63,784 nt of DNA, filler included, from Octopus bimaculoides (GCF_001194135.2; 6 parts of 6 records of this genome joined end to end with filler, not necessarily neighbours in it); one strand, 5' to 3'; counted from the first letter of the whole stretch, positions 13,851 through 25,787 are shown. The notes: generated by a model not told the origin, from the sequence alone. Numbers and translations are program-made.

Positions 13851-14356
13851 TGTTATCATGTACATTGTTTTGTCTCGGTATAATAGATGGGCAACAGCAA
13901 ATATTCTGCTTAATACCACAGATTTGCTTGTCAGTTGTTTGACCTTAACCAGTTGAGCATGTCCCTTGGTGGCTGACGATATGTGCATCTCTGATCACGA
14001 GCAGAAGTAGTGGGGGAGCATCATAGCCATGTGTTGAGAGGAATTCTTTGGGGTTTGAATAATTNNNNNNNNNNCACCTTTGGAAACATGGGTTTTTTGC
14101 TCAACATCCTTAAACAAACCTTATTCAGGGACATTTTGAGCAGGATGGGCTACTCGACCTGAAGAAAATTCTAACTGGGCCCCACTTGCGAGGTCATGTG
14201 CTGGTTATCTTGATATGAGATCAACATGTCACGCACATATGGTTGTGAAACATGTGCCTGGTGTACCCTTATCAGACGGGTAGTTATGATGGGTATATTG
14301 GGCTTCGTATATTTTACCCCCGTGTCACTTTGATGGCATACTCTGCTCTCTCACTC

Positions 14357-14402
<46 letters not shown>
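13851..14402 (+). repeat. Interspersed repeat embedded in (AAT)n; its 3' part is repeated at ~10460-10620
   Basis: The shared ~130-nt segment gtgcctggtgtacccttatcagacgggtag...ctctctcactc(aat)n occurs at both sites. Confidence 0.75.
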
Positions 14403-15322
14403 TTGGGCAAGTGTCTTCTATTATAGCCTCGGGTCGATCAAAGCCTTGTGAGTGAATTTGGTAGACGGAAAGACGAAAACTGAAAGAAGCCCGTCGTATA
14501 TATATACGCACACACACGCGCGCGCACACACACGCACACACACACACATGCATACACACACACACACACACATATATACACACACACACACACACATATA
14601 CGTGTGTGTGTGTGTATATGTTTGTTCCTCCCCCACAACATCGCTTGACAACCGATGCTGGTGTGTTTACGTCCCCGTAACTTAGCGGTTCGGCAAAATA
14701 GACCGATAGAATGAGTACTAGGCTTACAAAGAATAAGTCCTGGGGTCGATTTGTTCGACTGAAAGGCGGTGCTCCAGCATGGCCGCAGTCAAAATGACTG
14801 AAACAAGTAAAAGAGTAAAAGAGTAAAAGAGAGCCTCATTGAAATAATTGGCGTTTACGCGGTTGTGATTTAGTTCCAGGTCAACCCGTACCGAGCAGAC
14901 TTGACCGTCGAGTGATACAAATTTGAATGAAATTTAGCTGTGGTCTTTGTCCAGTAAAGTCTAAGACGGATCTGCTTGCCTTCGCTTATTGCCTTCTTGA
15001 CATTGTAAATTTCCGCAAAGGTGATTGTTGCGCAGCAACGCTCAAAGTTAAGATGTTATGCAACGGGGGCGACGGAGCGGCGGCAGTGAGTGAAGCGAGG
15101 TCAACAAGTGCTTGCGTCGTCAGCGTTCTAGATAACACTCCTCTACGGCAGTCTACCACAAAGTAAACAACAGCAATAACAATGGCTAAATTAAATAAAA
15201 ATATAAGAGGAGGTGGGCGTATTCTTAAGTATGTCGTAGTGAAAATGGTTGTTGTTCTTCAAAACCCCTTTCGTACACATGCGCCAAGTGTAATATCAGT
15301 ATAACTTTACTTATTTGTGTGT

Positions 15323-15412
<90 letters not shown>

Positions 15413-15730
15413 ACACACAATGATAGATAGATATAGATAGATAGATATAGATAGATAGACAGATAGATATAAATATGTACATATACATACATACATATAT
15501 ATGTATGTATGTATATATATATANNNNNNNNNNNNNNNNNNNNNNNNNNNNNNNNNNNNNNNNNNNNTTAATTAATTAANNNNNNNNNNNNNNNNNNNNN
15601 NNNNNNNNNNNNNNNNNNNNNNNTGAGAGATTGGTAATGGGTAATACATTATTATAAAATATGGTAATTAATCATATATTAATTTATTAATTAATATATT
15701 AATATTAATTAATATATGATTAATTACCAG

Positions 15731-15769
<39 letters not shown>

Positions 15770-15771
<2 letters not shown>

Positions 15772-15970
15772 CTGAAAAGTTCATGGCTTTAGGGGTATTG
15801 CGAAAGGCCTGCTTGGAGGCCCAACTTTCCGAGTTCTTTTACAGATTTCAGAAAAACTGAAGGACTGCTGTAATAAGTATGTGAATTTGAGAGGAAGATA
15901 GGTTGAATAAAAGCATAATTGACTGATCCTCCTGCATTTTCTTTTACCCAGGAACTTTTCAGCACTCATA
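15770..15970 (-). mobile_element. Second copy of the mariner-type MITE
   Basis: Reverse-complement similarity to 25481-25692; the left TIR is truncated at a (TA)n tract. Confidence 0.75.
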
Positions 15971-16025
15971 TAGACGTTGGACGCTTAAAATCAGATTGTA
16001 TCGGTTAACAAAAATTTCGTTATAA

Positions 16026-16073
16026 CTGTAGCATCACGTGATTTCAGCGTAAATTATGCTTCCTCAGCAACAG
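16026..16073 (-). ncRNA. Hammerhead-like motif, probably inactive (G at position 17)
   Basis: CUGUUG-CUGAGGA-AGCAUA auu UACGCU-GAAA-UCACGUG-AUG-CUACAG. Same family as 16436-16483, in inverted orientation. Confidence 0.6.
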
Positions 16074-16435
16074 CTGCTCAAGCATCGAATGCTACATTGA
16101 AAATGTGTCAAATCGATATAGTTTAAGACTGACTAAACAGTCAGTGACGTCACACAAAACTGGAGAGCTGTGTATAAATTAGCTATTAGCAACGGAAACA
16201 GTTTTTGTAACAAATATTAATTTGCATATCCAACGTAACTTGGATGTGTTGTCAAAAACCTTGTAGACTGCAGTAATCGTCTTGAAAAATCATTTCTTAT
16301 AGGCGTTGGGTACTAAGAAGCACAGATTATATCGGTTGACGACATTTCGTCAGCACCAGCGGATGGAACTGTTGTATCAGTGTTAATCTATATCTGTTTG
16401 ACGGATTTTTGATCTGGTATTCGATGCTGGCGTAC

Positions 16436-16483
16436 CTGTTGCTGAGGATGTACAATTTACGCTGAAATCACGTGATACAACAG
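16436..16483 (+). ncRNA. Type-I hammerhead-like motif, weakened stem II
   Basis: CUGUUG-CUGAGGA-ugua caauu uacgcu-GAAA-UCACGUG-AUA-CAACAG. Perfect 6-bp stem I; palindromic stem III AUCACGUGAU. Confidence 0.65.
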
Positions 16484-17505
16484 ACTTTAGCATGTTTCAA
16501 ATGTCGGACATGCTCCCATACTTCTCATGCACATCAATGACCTCCACGTTGCTAACTCCGTAAGAGATGCCACGCAGTGGAACTGAACCCCGAACCATGT
16601 GGTTAAGAAGGGAACTTCTTACCACAAAGCCAGTTCTGTACCTAATCATAATTTATATGCTAACATAATTTAAAACATTGATAATAATAATTATATTCGG
16701 ATCTAAAAGAGAAACTGCAAAAATAGTTTAACTTTCTTCCCACCTCTGAAATAAAAAAAAAAAGAAAGAGAAAATGAAAAGAGACATTTTCTGCTTGTTC
16801 AGTTTTCTTCGGAAAATGGCGGAGTCAAAGTTGCTATCAAAGAAAAATAGTGAAACTGAATGACACTGCATAGATTAATACTGGATAAATAGTATTACAT
16901 ATATAAATATCCATTAAATTGCACATGAAGTATTAAAGGTGAGTACGACGTAGTTCTTAATATTGTAAAATTTTGAAGGTGGCGAGCTGGCAGAATCGTT
17001 AGCACGCCGGGCAGAATCGTTAGCACGCCGGGCAGAATCGTCAGCACGCCGGGCAGAATCGTTAGCACANNNNNNNNNNNNNNNNNNNNNNNNNNNTGGC
17101 AGAATCGTTAGCACGCCGGGCAGAATCGTTAGCACGCCGGGCAGAATCGTCAGCACGCCGGGCAGAATCGTTAGCACACCGGGCAGAATGCTTAGCAGCA
17201 TTTTGTCTCTTTACCTTCTGAGTTCAAATTCCACCGAGGTTATCTTTGCCTTTCGTCCTTTCGGGGTTGGTGAAATAAATACCAATTGAGCACTGAGGTC
17301 CTCGAAATTGCTGGCCTTGTGCCAAAAATTTGAAACCAATACTAAAAAACTTTGAAGTCACTCTCTTCAACAATAAAGTGCAAATAGAACATCAAATCCT
17401 GTGCAAAACTTTCGGAAAACGCATGCAATATTTCATTCTGTTCTTGAAAACATATCAATGGCAAGTTATATTTCGATAGATATAATGCAATATTGAATCA
17501 CTTAC

Positions 17506-17610
17506 TTGCTGCTCTGTCAGCCAAAAGCACAATATCAGTTTGGTTTCTGCATTGAATACTATCAGTGAAACACAGTTCTGCCTTACAGTTTAATGGCTTT
17601 AGTAAAATGG
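17506..17610 (-). CDS. ITIH-like gene exon, start of the ITIH C-terminal region (LCF motif)
   Basis: tag|CC...A|gtaagt, 105 nt, phase 1-1. Reads (A)ILLKPLNCKAELCFTDSIQCRNQTDIVLLADRAA, resembling the LCF....G..L.L..D segment of ITIH C-termini. Downstream exons were not found; a scaffold join lies at 15524-15623. Confidence 0.78.
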
Positions 17611-18908
17611 CTAGAAATACAAAGTAAAACAAATAGAAATAATTTCCAAACGTAGCAGTTTTCTATTAATAAAATGTGTGAATGTAAATATGTTTATGTA
17701 TTTTCACTAAGTAAATGACAGTCACACTCATACACATATGGTGGTACGCATATTTGTGAATGAAATACTAAAAGAAAAGACTTAATAGAAACGCAAAGCA
17801 GTAATGTGTACATACCCTAAGCATATTTGAACTATTAATAAGTTTGTAAACGAAAAAAATCAGTCCTTTTCTGTTACTCGGACAGAAAGCTACGAAACAA
17901 ATATATTATGGAATTTATATCCTGTAATAATATTGGTTTCAAATGTTGGCACAAGGCCAGGGATTTCTGGGAGGAAGTAAGTCGATTATATCGACCCCAG
18001 TGTTCAACTGGTACTTATTTTATCGATCTCGAAAGAAGGAAAAGCAAAGTCGACCTCAGAGGGATCTTAACTCAGAACGTAAAGACGGACGAAATATCGC
18101 TAAGCATTATTGTCCGACATGTTAACAAATCTGCCAGCTCGCTGCCTTATTCTATAATGATATTGAAAAGATACAAAGTTTTCTCTGTTCGTTTCATAAT
18201 AGGTTAATCAACCGTAAATTTCCATAGAAGAGTTTTTTTAATGATTAAAAAAACATAGTAACTTAAGTGAACTAATTAGTGGAATATTCAGCTTCTAAAT
18301 AACTAAATACCTTGATTATAACACATTAACATATTTAGAAATAAATTATGATAATTTATTATAAACAAATAATTGATCATCTTGGTTGTGCCATATACCT
18401 ATATATCTTATTTCGATATGGAGCTTTAGTATGAAACAAAAACGTTAATATTAACATAAGATATACGCATATTAATCTTGGGGAAAACGGCAACAGTTAT
18501 AAACCATCCCAAAAGATTTATTAAGAGCTTAACATTGGACAGTTGCTTAAAAAGAGCCTAAACTGTCTAATGGGTGTCGAATGTGTGAACAGATAAAATA
18601 TTCTTGAAGAAAATAGTGTCGATGGTAGCGCGCAGCATTACCACCATTCAATACAAATCACATACAAAATTCTTTAATATATTGGTATTAATGACGAAAG
18701 GGTGTGAAGAATAATTTTAAATTTTACATCTTAAATCTAAGAAACGAAAGTTGCTGACTCATTTTTAATATTTAACTCTTTACAATATTTATACATTACA
18801 AATGTGTCAATATATTGGTTGGAGTATCTCGATAAAGAATTAGGCATATTTAAAAGCAAAAAGGTATCATTTTAAAAACGTGTAAATAAATGTAACGTGT
18901 TTTCTTAC

Positions 18909-18998
18909 CAGGAATATGTGAAAGAATTGGCAGTGGTTTTCGTGGGGTTCTTTGTGAAGTTCTGGTTGACCGGGGAACAGTCATTGGTGGTGTTGTGG
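18909..18998 (-). CDS. ITIH-like gene exon, Pro/Thr-rich linker
   Basis: tag|CC...G|gtaaga, 90 nt, phase 1-1. Reads TTPPMTVPRSTRTSQRTPRKPLPILSHIP; a low-complexity linker at the position where ITIH proteins are variable. Support is from splice signals, phase and composition only. Confidence 0.7.
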
Positions 18999-19289
18999 CT
19001 AATATAATATTTAAATTCAAATTATATTAAAAAATTGTAAAAATATATCTGAAATCTAAAATATATCATATCATATACCCAGGCCTATTCCCCATTTTTT
19101 TAGGAGGGGGTAGCCACAGCAAGACACATCCCAGGCATTCCATTCATTTCTCAAATACAAAGGGGTGAGCCCAGTTCTATGCTCGGGTCAAGGCAAAGAA
19201 CGCAACCCCCAATATCAGTAGCGGGGCCCGACTGCATATGCTGCCCGCTGCACCATACTGGTTCTGTACCCTTTGAACAACATCAAAAT

Positions 19290-19525
19290 TCACTCATCTG
19301 TCCACAAACACTCTCCAAGCTTTCCTGTTATTTATAAACTCTCTTGCCTCTCTCACTCCAATATCTCTAATTACCAAAGCTTTCCTCACTCCATCCATTC
19401 ACACAAACCGAAGCTTGCCTCTAGTTCTGTTGCCTACCACTTCAGCCTTCATCACCCTTCTTACCATCTGCTCCTTATCCATCCTCTCCATGTGGCCAAA
19501 GCGTAACTTAAATTGGATAGAGCAG
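19290..19525 (-). mobile_element. RTE-clade LINE, 3' end of the ORF
   Basis: FGHMERMDKEQMVRRVMKAEVVGNRTRGKLRFV*MDGVRKAL...NRKAWRVFV. Confidence 0.85.
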
Positions 19526-20209
19526 GTCTTCTCTGTTAACTATTTGTTTGTAAATATTAAGAGAAATAAAGAAAAATAANNNNNNNNNNNNNNNNNNNNN
19601 NNNNNNNNNNNNNNNNNNNNNNNNNNNNNNNNNNNNNNNNNNNNNNNNNNNNNNNNNNNNNNNNNNNNNNNNNNNNNNNNNNNNNNNNNNNNNNNNNNNN
19701 NNNNNNNNNNNNNNNNNNNNNNNNNNNNNNNNNNNNNNNNNNNNNNNNNNNNNNNNNNNNNNNNNNNNNNNNNNNNNNNNNNNNNNNNNNNNNNNNNNNN
19801 NNNNNNNNNNNNNNNNNNNNNNNNNNNNNNNNNNNNNNNNNNNNNNNNNNNNNNNNNNNNNNNNNNNNNNNNNNNNNNNNNNNNNNNNNNNNNNNNNNNN
19901 NNNNNNNNNNNNNNNNNNNNNNNNNNNNNNNNNNNNNNNNNNNNNNNNNNNNNNNNNNNNNNNNNNNNNNNNNNNNNNNNNNNNNNNNNNNNNNNNNNNN
20001 NNNNNNNNNNNNNNNNNNNNATATACAATATATAATATAAAATAAAAATGGATGGTACAATGAAATAAAGTATTGAATGTCTTATTGAATATATGGAATA
20101 TGTCTTATTGAATAGATGAAATATTTAGTGTTCAATATAAAGGATTAAATATATAAAGGCGAATACGTATTTTCTATACCTTGTGGTATTTCATCATGGC
20201 CGGTATGAC

Positions 20210-20314
<105 letters not shown>

Positions 20315-20773
20315 GTATAAACGTATTTGTATGCATACATTTATACAATTATGTATTTTTACTCGTAATCAAAAATCTTTTCATCTCAATAAAAACATTT
20401 TTAATTTAATTTTCATTCTTTCCAAAGAACCATTGAAAACTTATTCGAGTAAAATGGGCAGCTGTCTTTCAACTTAACAAAAGAAACTAGATTTTAATTC
20501 AATGCAATCTAGATACGAGTGTGTCTCTCTAGATTGCCTTGTTTTAATTTATCATATACATAAAATAAATGGTATGAAGAGGGTGTCTACTTGGCAGGTT
20601 CTGAAAAAGCAATGAAAATTTTATATTGTTATGGAAATATCAAATATAAAACTATATATGTTAACGTATGTCTAAAAATAATAGATTTTTCATATAGTTT
20701 TGAGAGTATTAAATATAAGAACATTTACATTATTTACATTCGACGGATATTTGTCCTCATCTTGTTTGTTGTT

Positions 20774-20819
20774 AACACAACGTTTCGGCTGATATACCCT
20801 CCAGCCTTCTTCAGGTGTC
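20774..20819 (-). ncRNA. Type-I hammerhead ribozyme motif, intact core, dimer-type loopless stem III
   Basis: Minus strand: GACAC-CUGAAGA-A-GGCUG(GAGGGUAUAU)CAGCC-GAAAC-GUU-GUGUU. Stem I 5 bp, stem II 5 bp, palindromic AACGUU stem III, extra A after A9. Confidence 0.75.
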
Positions 20820-23800
20820 TTGGGGAAATTTCGAACCTGGGTTCTCATTCCTATGGTATTTTTCGATGTTGTTGTTATTATTATTATTGACAGTTACAAA
20901 TGAAACATTTAAAAATGGTGTATCTGTTGAAGAAGCCGTTAACGATATAAAGATTATTTTATTTTTTCTTTAACTTAGTTTTAAAAACACGATTCTTAAT
21001 TCGTCTTCTTAAAAGAAAAAAAAAACAAATGAACAGTATACTATCTAATTTGAATGATGACTAAATAACTGGATTTCACAGGTTACCAACAAGAACGTGG
21101 CGAAGTAATAAACCTTGAAACAGAAGCAGAACAATTATCAAAGGTCCTTTTTTCGGGGGTTTTTCCAATTAAAAAAAAAAGAAAAAAAACAGTTAGAACA
21201 CCTAATGGCTTTGGGAGAGGCAAATGACTTTATAGGAAAATCTTCCTATCAATACACAACGGCCAGCGAATAACAGGAGTACAACTTTCGTTTGGCGCAT
21301 TTACGTTCCATTACTATTGTTGTCAACCGGCCAACTCAAATCCGAATAAATACATATCCTGTTTCAACCCTCTATTAATCTCTGGTTCGTCATGAGCAAG
21401 GACCAGAGGTCCAAGATATTGATAAATTCAAATGAATGTAATGTATTTTGATTTAAAGAAAATATCTGCAGTGGTAACAGCTTGGGGAACTCAATATCTC
21501 CATCTGCGCAAACCTGTGGTTCTAAATACATTCTCTAGCCTTTATTCTACAAAGAATAATATTTACTTACTGCCAATAAACACATATAAAAGTTTGCATT
21601 TTTTCTTTTTACTTTTAAAGACATTTGCTTTTATTCTCACGATAACACTTGAACCATTGAAGATATTTTGTCAAGAATGGTCGACTTATTTTCTTCTGAA
21701 ACACACCGAACTTTATTTCCATTCCATGAACTCTAGATAGAAGTGTCTTTAGAGTGAAAGGATTCTTATTTTACATATATATTTATAAATAAGACATTTA
21801 TTAAATGCAAAATTATAAATGTAAATTTGATATGAAGTAATTATCTACTTACTAAATCGCACATGATCTGAAATAATAAAAAAAAAGTATTATGAAGACG
21901 TAAATATCAATCAAATATATAGATATTTACGTTAACGTAAATCTAAAGAATATTCACTGGATTTAAACTGTTTTTATAAGTTCGGCTTACAATTTTAGAT
22001 TATGGGGAGTTACGTAGAAACACACGTGAACAATGAAACAATAACAATTAATTAAATATTAAAGAAGAACAAAATCACCAAAAGTGGGGAGCAGTAACCT
22101 AGGGAAATAAATGTCAGTCCGTGTATTCTTAGAGGGTTACTAGAGAGCGTAGTTGACACGGGAAAATTTCAGAGTTTCGACGACGGTGTTAACTCTATCA
22201 TCTCTTTTAAGGGACTTTCAAGGATTATGAACAATTTCTTAAAGTCCTTTACCGAGAGTGCTTGTTGGGAATAAACTCTACAGATATGGCCCAATTTGAG
22301 CCGCTAGCATTCTGCATTATGCAAAGCATACGAAAGAATAGTTAGCTCGTCTATGTTCTGCTTCTGTATTCGCACAATGCCGATTTGTGGGACTATAAAC
22401 CATGAGTGAAATAGTTCTGGGTCTCAGCCGAGTTTATTTTGGATGTATCACGTTATATTTTCATAGGATCGATAAAATAAGTACCAGTAATATACTGGAG
22501 TCACTTCGATATTCTGTATCACTTCTATATAATAAATGGTTTTGTGCTCAATCATATTAACATTACTATTAATGTTCGGAATAAAAAATCAAAGCTACAG
22601 AATTAAAAACAAAATAAGTTGTTTATTTCATGGATTATGAAAGCATGGGTTCAGAGTATTGCTGTTTTAAACAAGTCAAATGTGAATATACTTACGTCGT
22701 GGAATTTGTTTTGTTTCTACAATGGAAGAGAAATACATTGTTGACAATTGAAATAATAATGTTTAAACTGAAAATAAAATTTATAGTATGAAATCATAGT
22801 AATATAGTGAAAACTGTGCCAGCAGAGGTATAAGTTTTAATGGAAAAACTTATATAAATTTTAAAACAATTACATAAATACAGGTTTTCCTTATTTGGGG
22901 TATACAGTATAATACAGACTAAGATAGTAATTAGATGAAAATGTTTGCTGGATCAGTCTAAAGTACAATTAATGTAATAGTATGTATTGTCACAATAAAT
23001 TATGAAATTAGTCATTGCTATATTGCATAGCACGTACAATTTAATTGTATCTTACCATCAATTATAATACTTTCTCACCTCAGAAAAGTTTGATTGAAGA
23101 AGAACAATGAACATAAAAAGAAAAAAATATGGGAAGAATAAAGAACTGTTTTAATAAGTTGCCTATCTCTCTCTCTCTCGACCGTTAGTCAGAGTTTTTT
23201 GCAGTTAATAGTTGATGTGATGAAGACAGGTTTACTGAGATAGAGCGTTGAGATGTGGACGGAGTAGTTATGTATTGTCATTAAGAAGCGAGATAGGAAA
23301 ATACTTCGGTTAGACTTTTTATAGTGCAAAGAATATAAATGAAAATACTAAGGCTGAGCAATAGCTCCGATATGGGTTGTAATAATATATTTGTCGGAAA
23401 ACATTAAGTTGCGAGAATAAGAGAAGTAAGCAGAAAATGTGAAATAAACATCAGAGATGCTTTGCCTCACGCAGAAACTTCAGGAGTTTAGGCGGGGAGC
23501 TGGCAGAAACGTTAGCACGCCGGGCGAAATGCTTAGCGGTTTTTCGTCTGCCGTTATGTTCTGAGTTCAAATTCTGCCGAGGTCGACTTTACCTTTCATC
23601 CTTTCGGGGTCGATAAATAAAGTACCAGTTACGCACTGGAGTCGATGTAATCGACTTAATCCGTTTGTCTGTCCTTGTTTATCCCCTCTGTGTGTAGCCC
23701 CTTGTGAACAGTAAAGAAATAAGAAACTTCAGGAGTTACTTAAAAAGCAAATAATTTTATGAGATCTTGTAAAAACTATTACAAGATCTTTTCTCGCAAT

Positions 23801-24293
23801 ATTAGAAACATTTCTGAGGCGGCGAGCTAGCAGAAACGTGAGCACAACACCGAGTTCAAATTCCGCTGAGGTCGACTTTGCCTTTTATTCTTTCGGGGTC
23901 GATAAATTAAGTACCAGTTACGCACTGGGGTCGATGTAATCCACTTAAATCCCTTTGTCTGTCCTTGTTTGTCCCCTCTATGTTTATTTAGCCCCTTGTG
24001 GGCAATAAAGAAATAAGACATGTCAGCACACCGGGCGAAATGCTTAACGGTATTTCGTCTGTCTTCACGTTCTGAGTTCAAATTCCGCCGAGGTTGACTT
24101 TGCCTTACATCCTTTCGGAGTCGATGAATTAAGTACCGGTTGCGTACTGGGGTTGATCTATTCGACTGGCCCCCTCCCCCAAAATTTCAGGCCTTGTACC
24201 TAGAGTAGAAAAGAATGTTAGAATGGGAGAATTTTGTGATATTTTATACATTTATGACTAATTTTAAAAGTTTTAAAGCAGAGTATTGGGTAA

Positions 24294-24941
24294 TAGGCGC
24301 AGGAGTGGCTGTATGGTAAATAGTTTGCTTACCAACCACATGGTTCCGGGTTTAGTCCCACTGCGTGGTATCTTGGGCAAGTGTCTTCTACTATAGCTTC
24401 GGGCCGACCAAAGCCTTGTGAGTGGATTTGGTAGACGGAAACTGAAAGAAGCCCGTCGTATATATGTATATNNNNNNNNNNNNNNNNNNNNNNNNNNNNN
24501 NNNNNNNNNNNNNNNNNNNNNNNNNNNNNNNNNNNNNNNNNNNNNNNNNNNNNNNNNNNNNNNNNNNNNNNNNNNNNNNNNNNNNNNNNNNNNNNNNNNN
24601 NNNNNNNNNNNNNNNNNNNNNNNNNNNNNNNNNNNNNNNNNNNNNNNNNNNNNNNNNNNNNNNNNNNNNNNNNNNNNNNNNNNNNNNNNNNNNNNNNNNN
24701 NNNNNNNNNNNNNGTGTGTGTGTGTGTGTGTGTGTGTGTTTGTGTGTCTGCGTTTGTCCCTCCAACATCGCTTGACAACCAATGCTGGTGTGTTTACATC
24801 CCCGTAACTTAGCGGTTCGGTAAAAGACACCGATAGAATAAGTACTAGGCTTACAAAAAATAAGTCCTGGGGTCGATTTGCTCGACTAAAAGTGGTGCTC
24901 CAGCATGGCCGCAGTCAAATGACTGAAACAAGTAAAAGAGT
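24294..24941 (+). mobile_element. tRNA-derived SINE family B (internal microsatellite), near full length
   Basis: Head taggcgcaggagtggctgtatggta...gggtttagtcccactgcg (A/B-box-like), ttgggcaagtg core, internal (TA/GT)n, tail gactgaaacaagtaaaagag. Further copies at ~3594-3687(+), 11390-11545(-), 14403-14831(+), 16560-16640(-), 35470-35565(+), 37208-37295(+), 42880-43090(+), 54977-55135(-), 60731-61068(-) and 61990-62150(+). Confidence 0.85.
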
Positions 24942-25177
24942 AATCCCTCAGCTATATCATATAAAAGTTCACTCTTACTTTATGAATTAACAGACGCAAT
25001 AACAAATAGAAAAAAGTCTCATCGTTATCGTTTATCAAAAGAGTTTCTCTACATTTTATCCGTAATTTTTTTTATTCATCATAATGTTATAATATCCCAA
25101 CATGAATATATTAATGGTTTCATTTGTTTACTTGGTTTGGATGAAAAGACGATGAAACGAAACCTACAGTAGTAGTG

Positions 25178-25340
25178 CCACACTTCGTGGAGGCGTATGG
25201 CTTAGTGGTTAGGGCGTTGGACTCATGATCGTAGGATAGTGGTTTCGGTTCCTGGTCCGGGTGACGCATTGTGTTCTTGAGCAAAACATTTCATTTCATG
25301 TTGCTCAAGTCCACTCAGCTGGCAATAATGACTAACCGGT
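25178..25340 (+). mobile_element. tRNA-derived SINE family C head and core
   Basis: gtggaggcgtatggcttagtggttaggg...ggtttcggttcc...ttgtgttcttgagcaaaac; an inverted head lies at ~4165-4235. Confidence 0.7.
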
Positions 25341-25480
25341 GTCCCGTCCAGGTGAAAATGTATATCCGCCATGGAAGGAACTTTATTTTAGTGCCTAATT
25401 TTCCAAATTATTATGCAGATCTGCACATTTTATACCTTATGGCAATAGGGGATATGATATGACACAAAGTAGAATGAATA

Positions 25481-25692
25481 TACGAGGGGGTACTTAAAAG
25501 TTCCTGGCTTTGGGCAAAAGAGAATCAGTTAATTATGATTTTATTCAACATGTTCCCCTTTCAGATTCACACACTTATTGCAGCAATCCTTCAGTTTTTC
25601 TAAGCCCTGTAAAAGAACTCGGGAAGTTGGGCCTCCAACTAGGCCTTTCGCGACACCCTTAAAATCCAGGAACTTTTCAGCAGTCCCTCGTA
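25481..25692 (+). mobile_element. Mariner-type MITE with ~25-bp TIRs and TA flanks
   Basis: ta-cgagggggtacttaaaagttcctgg ... ccaggaacttttcagcagtccctcg-ta. An inverted sibling lies at ~15770-15970. Confidence 0.8.
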
Positions 25693-25787
25693 CTTTTAGG
25701 TTTTTGTGAGATAAACGATCATAGCTAATTCATTTCAACAAGAAATTTATGAAAATAGGTTAAAATGGTATGAATGAAAAAAATTAC

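Noticed and set aside
16650-16747. Strong minus-strand acceptor as the next ITIH exon
   Set aside because: The required phase reads KVGRKLNYFCSFSF... to a stop, with no convincing donor or ITIH similarity; left unassigned.
21075-21160. Hydrophobic minus-strand stretch GPLIIVLLLFQGLLLRHVLVG in an ITIH intron
   Set aside because: Purine-rich, poor acceptor context and no homology; probably chance.
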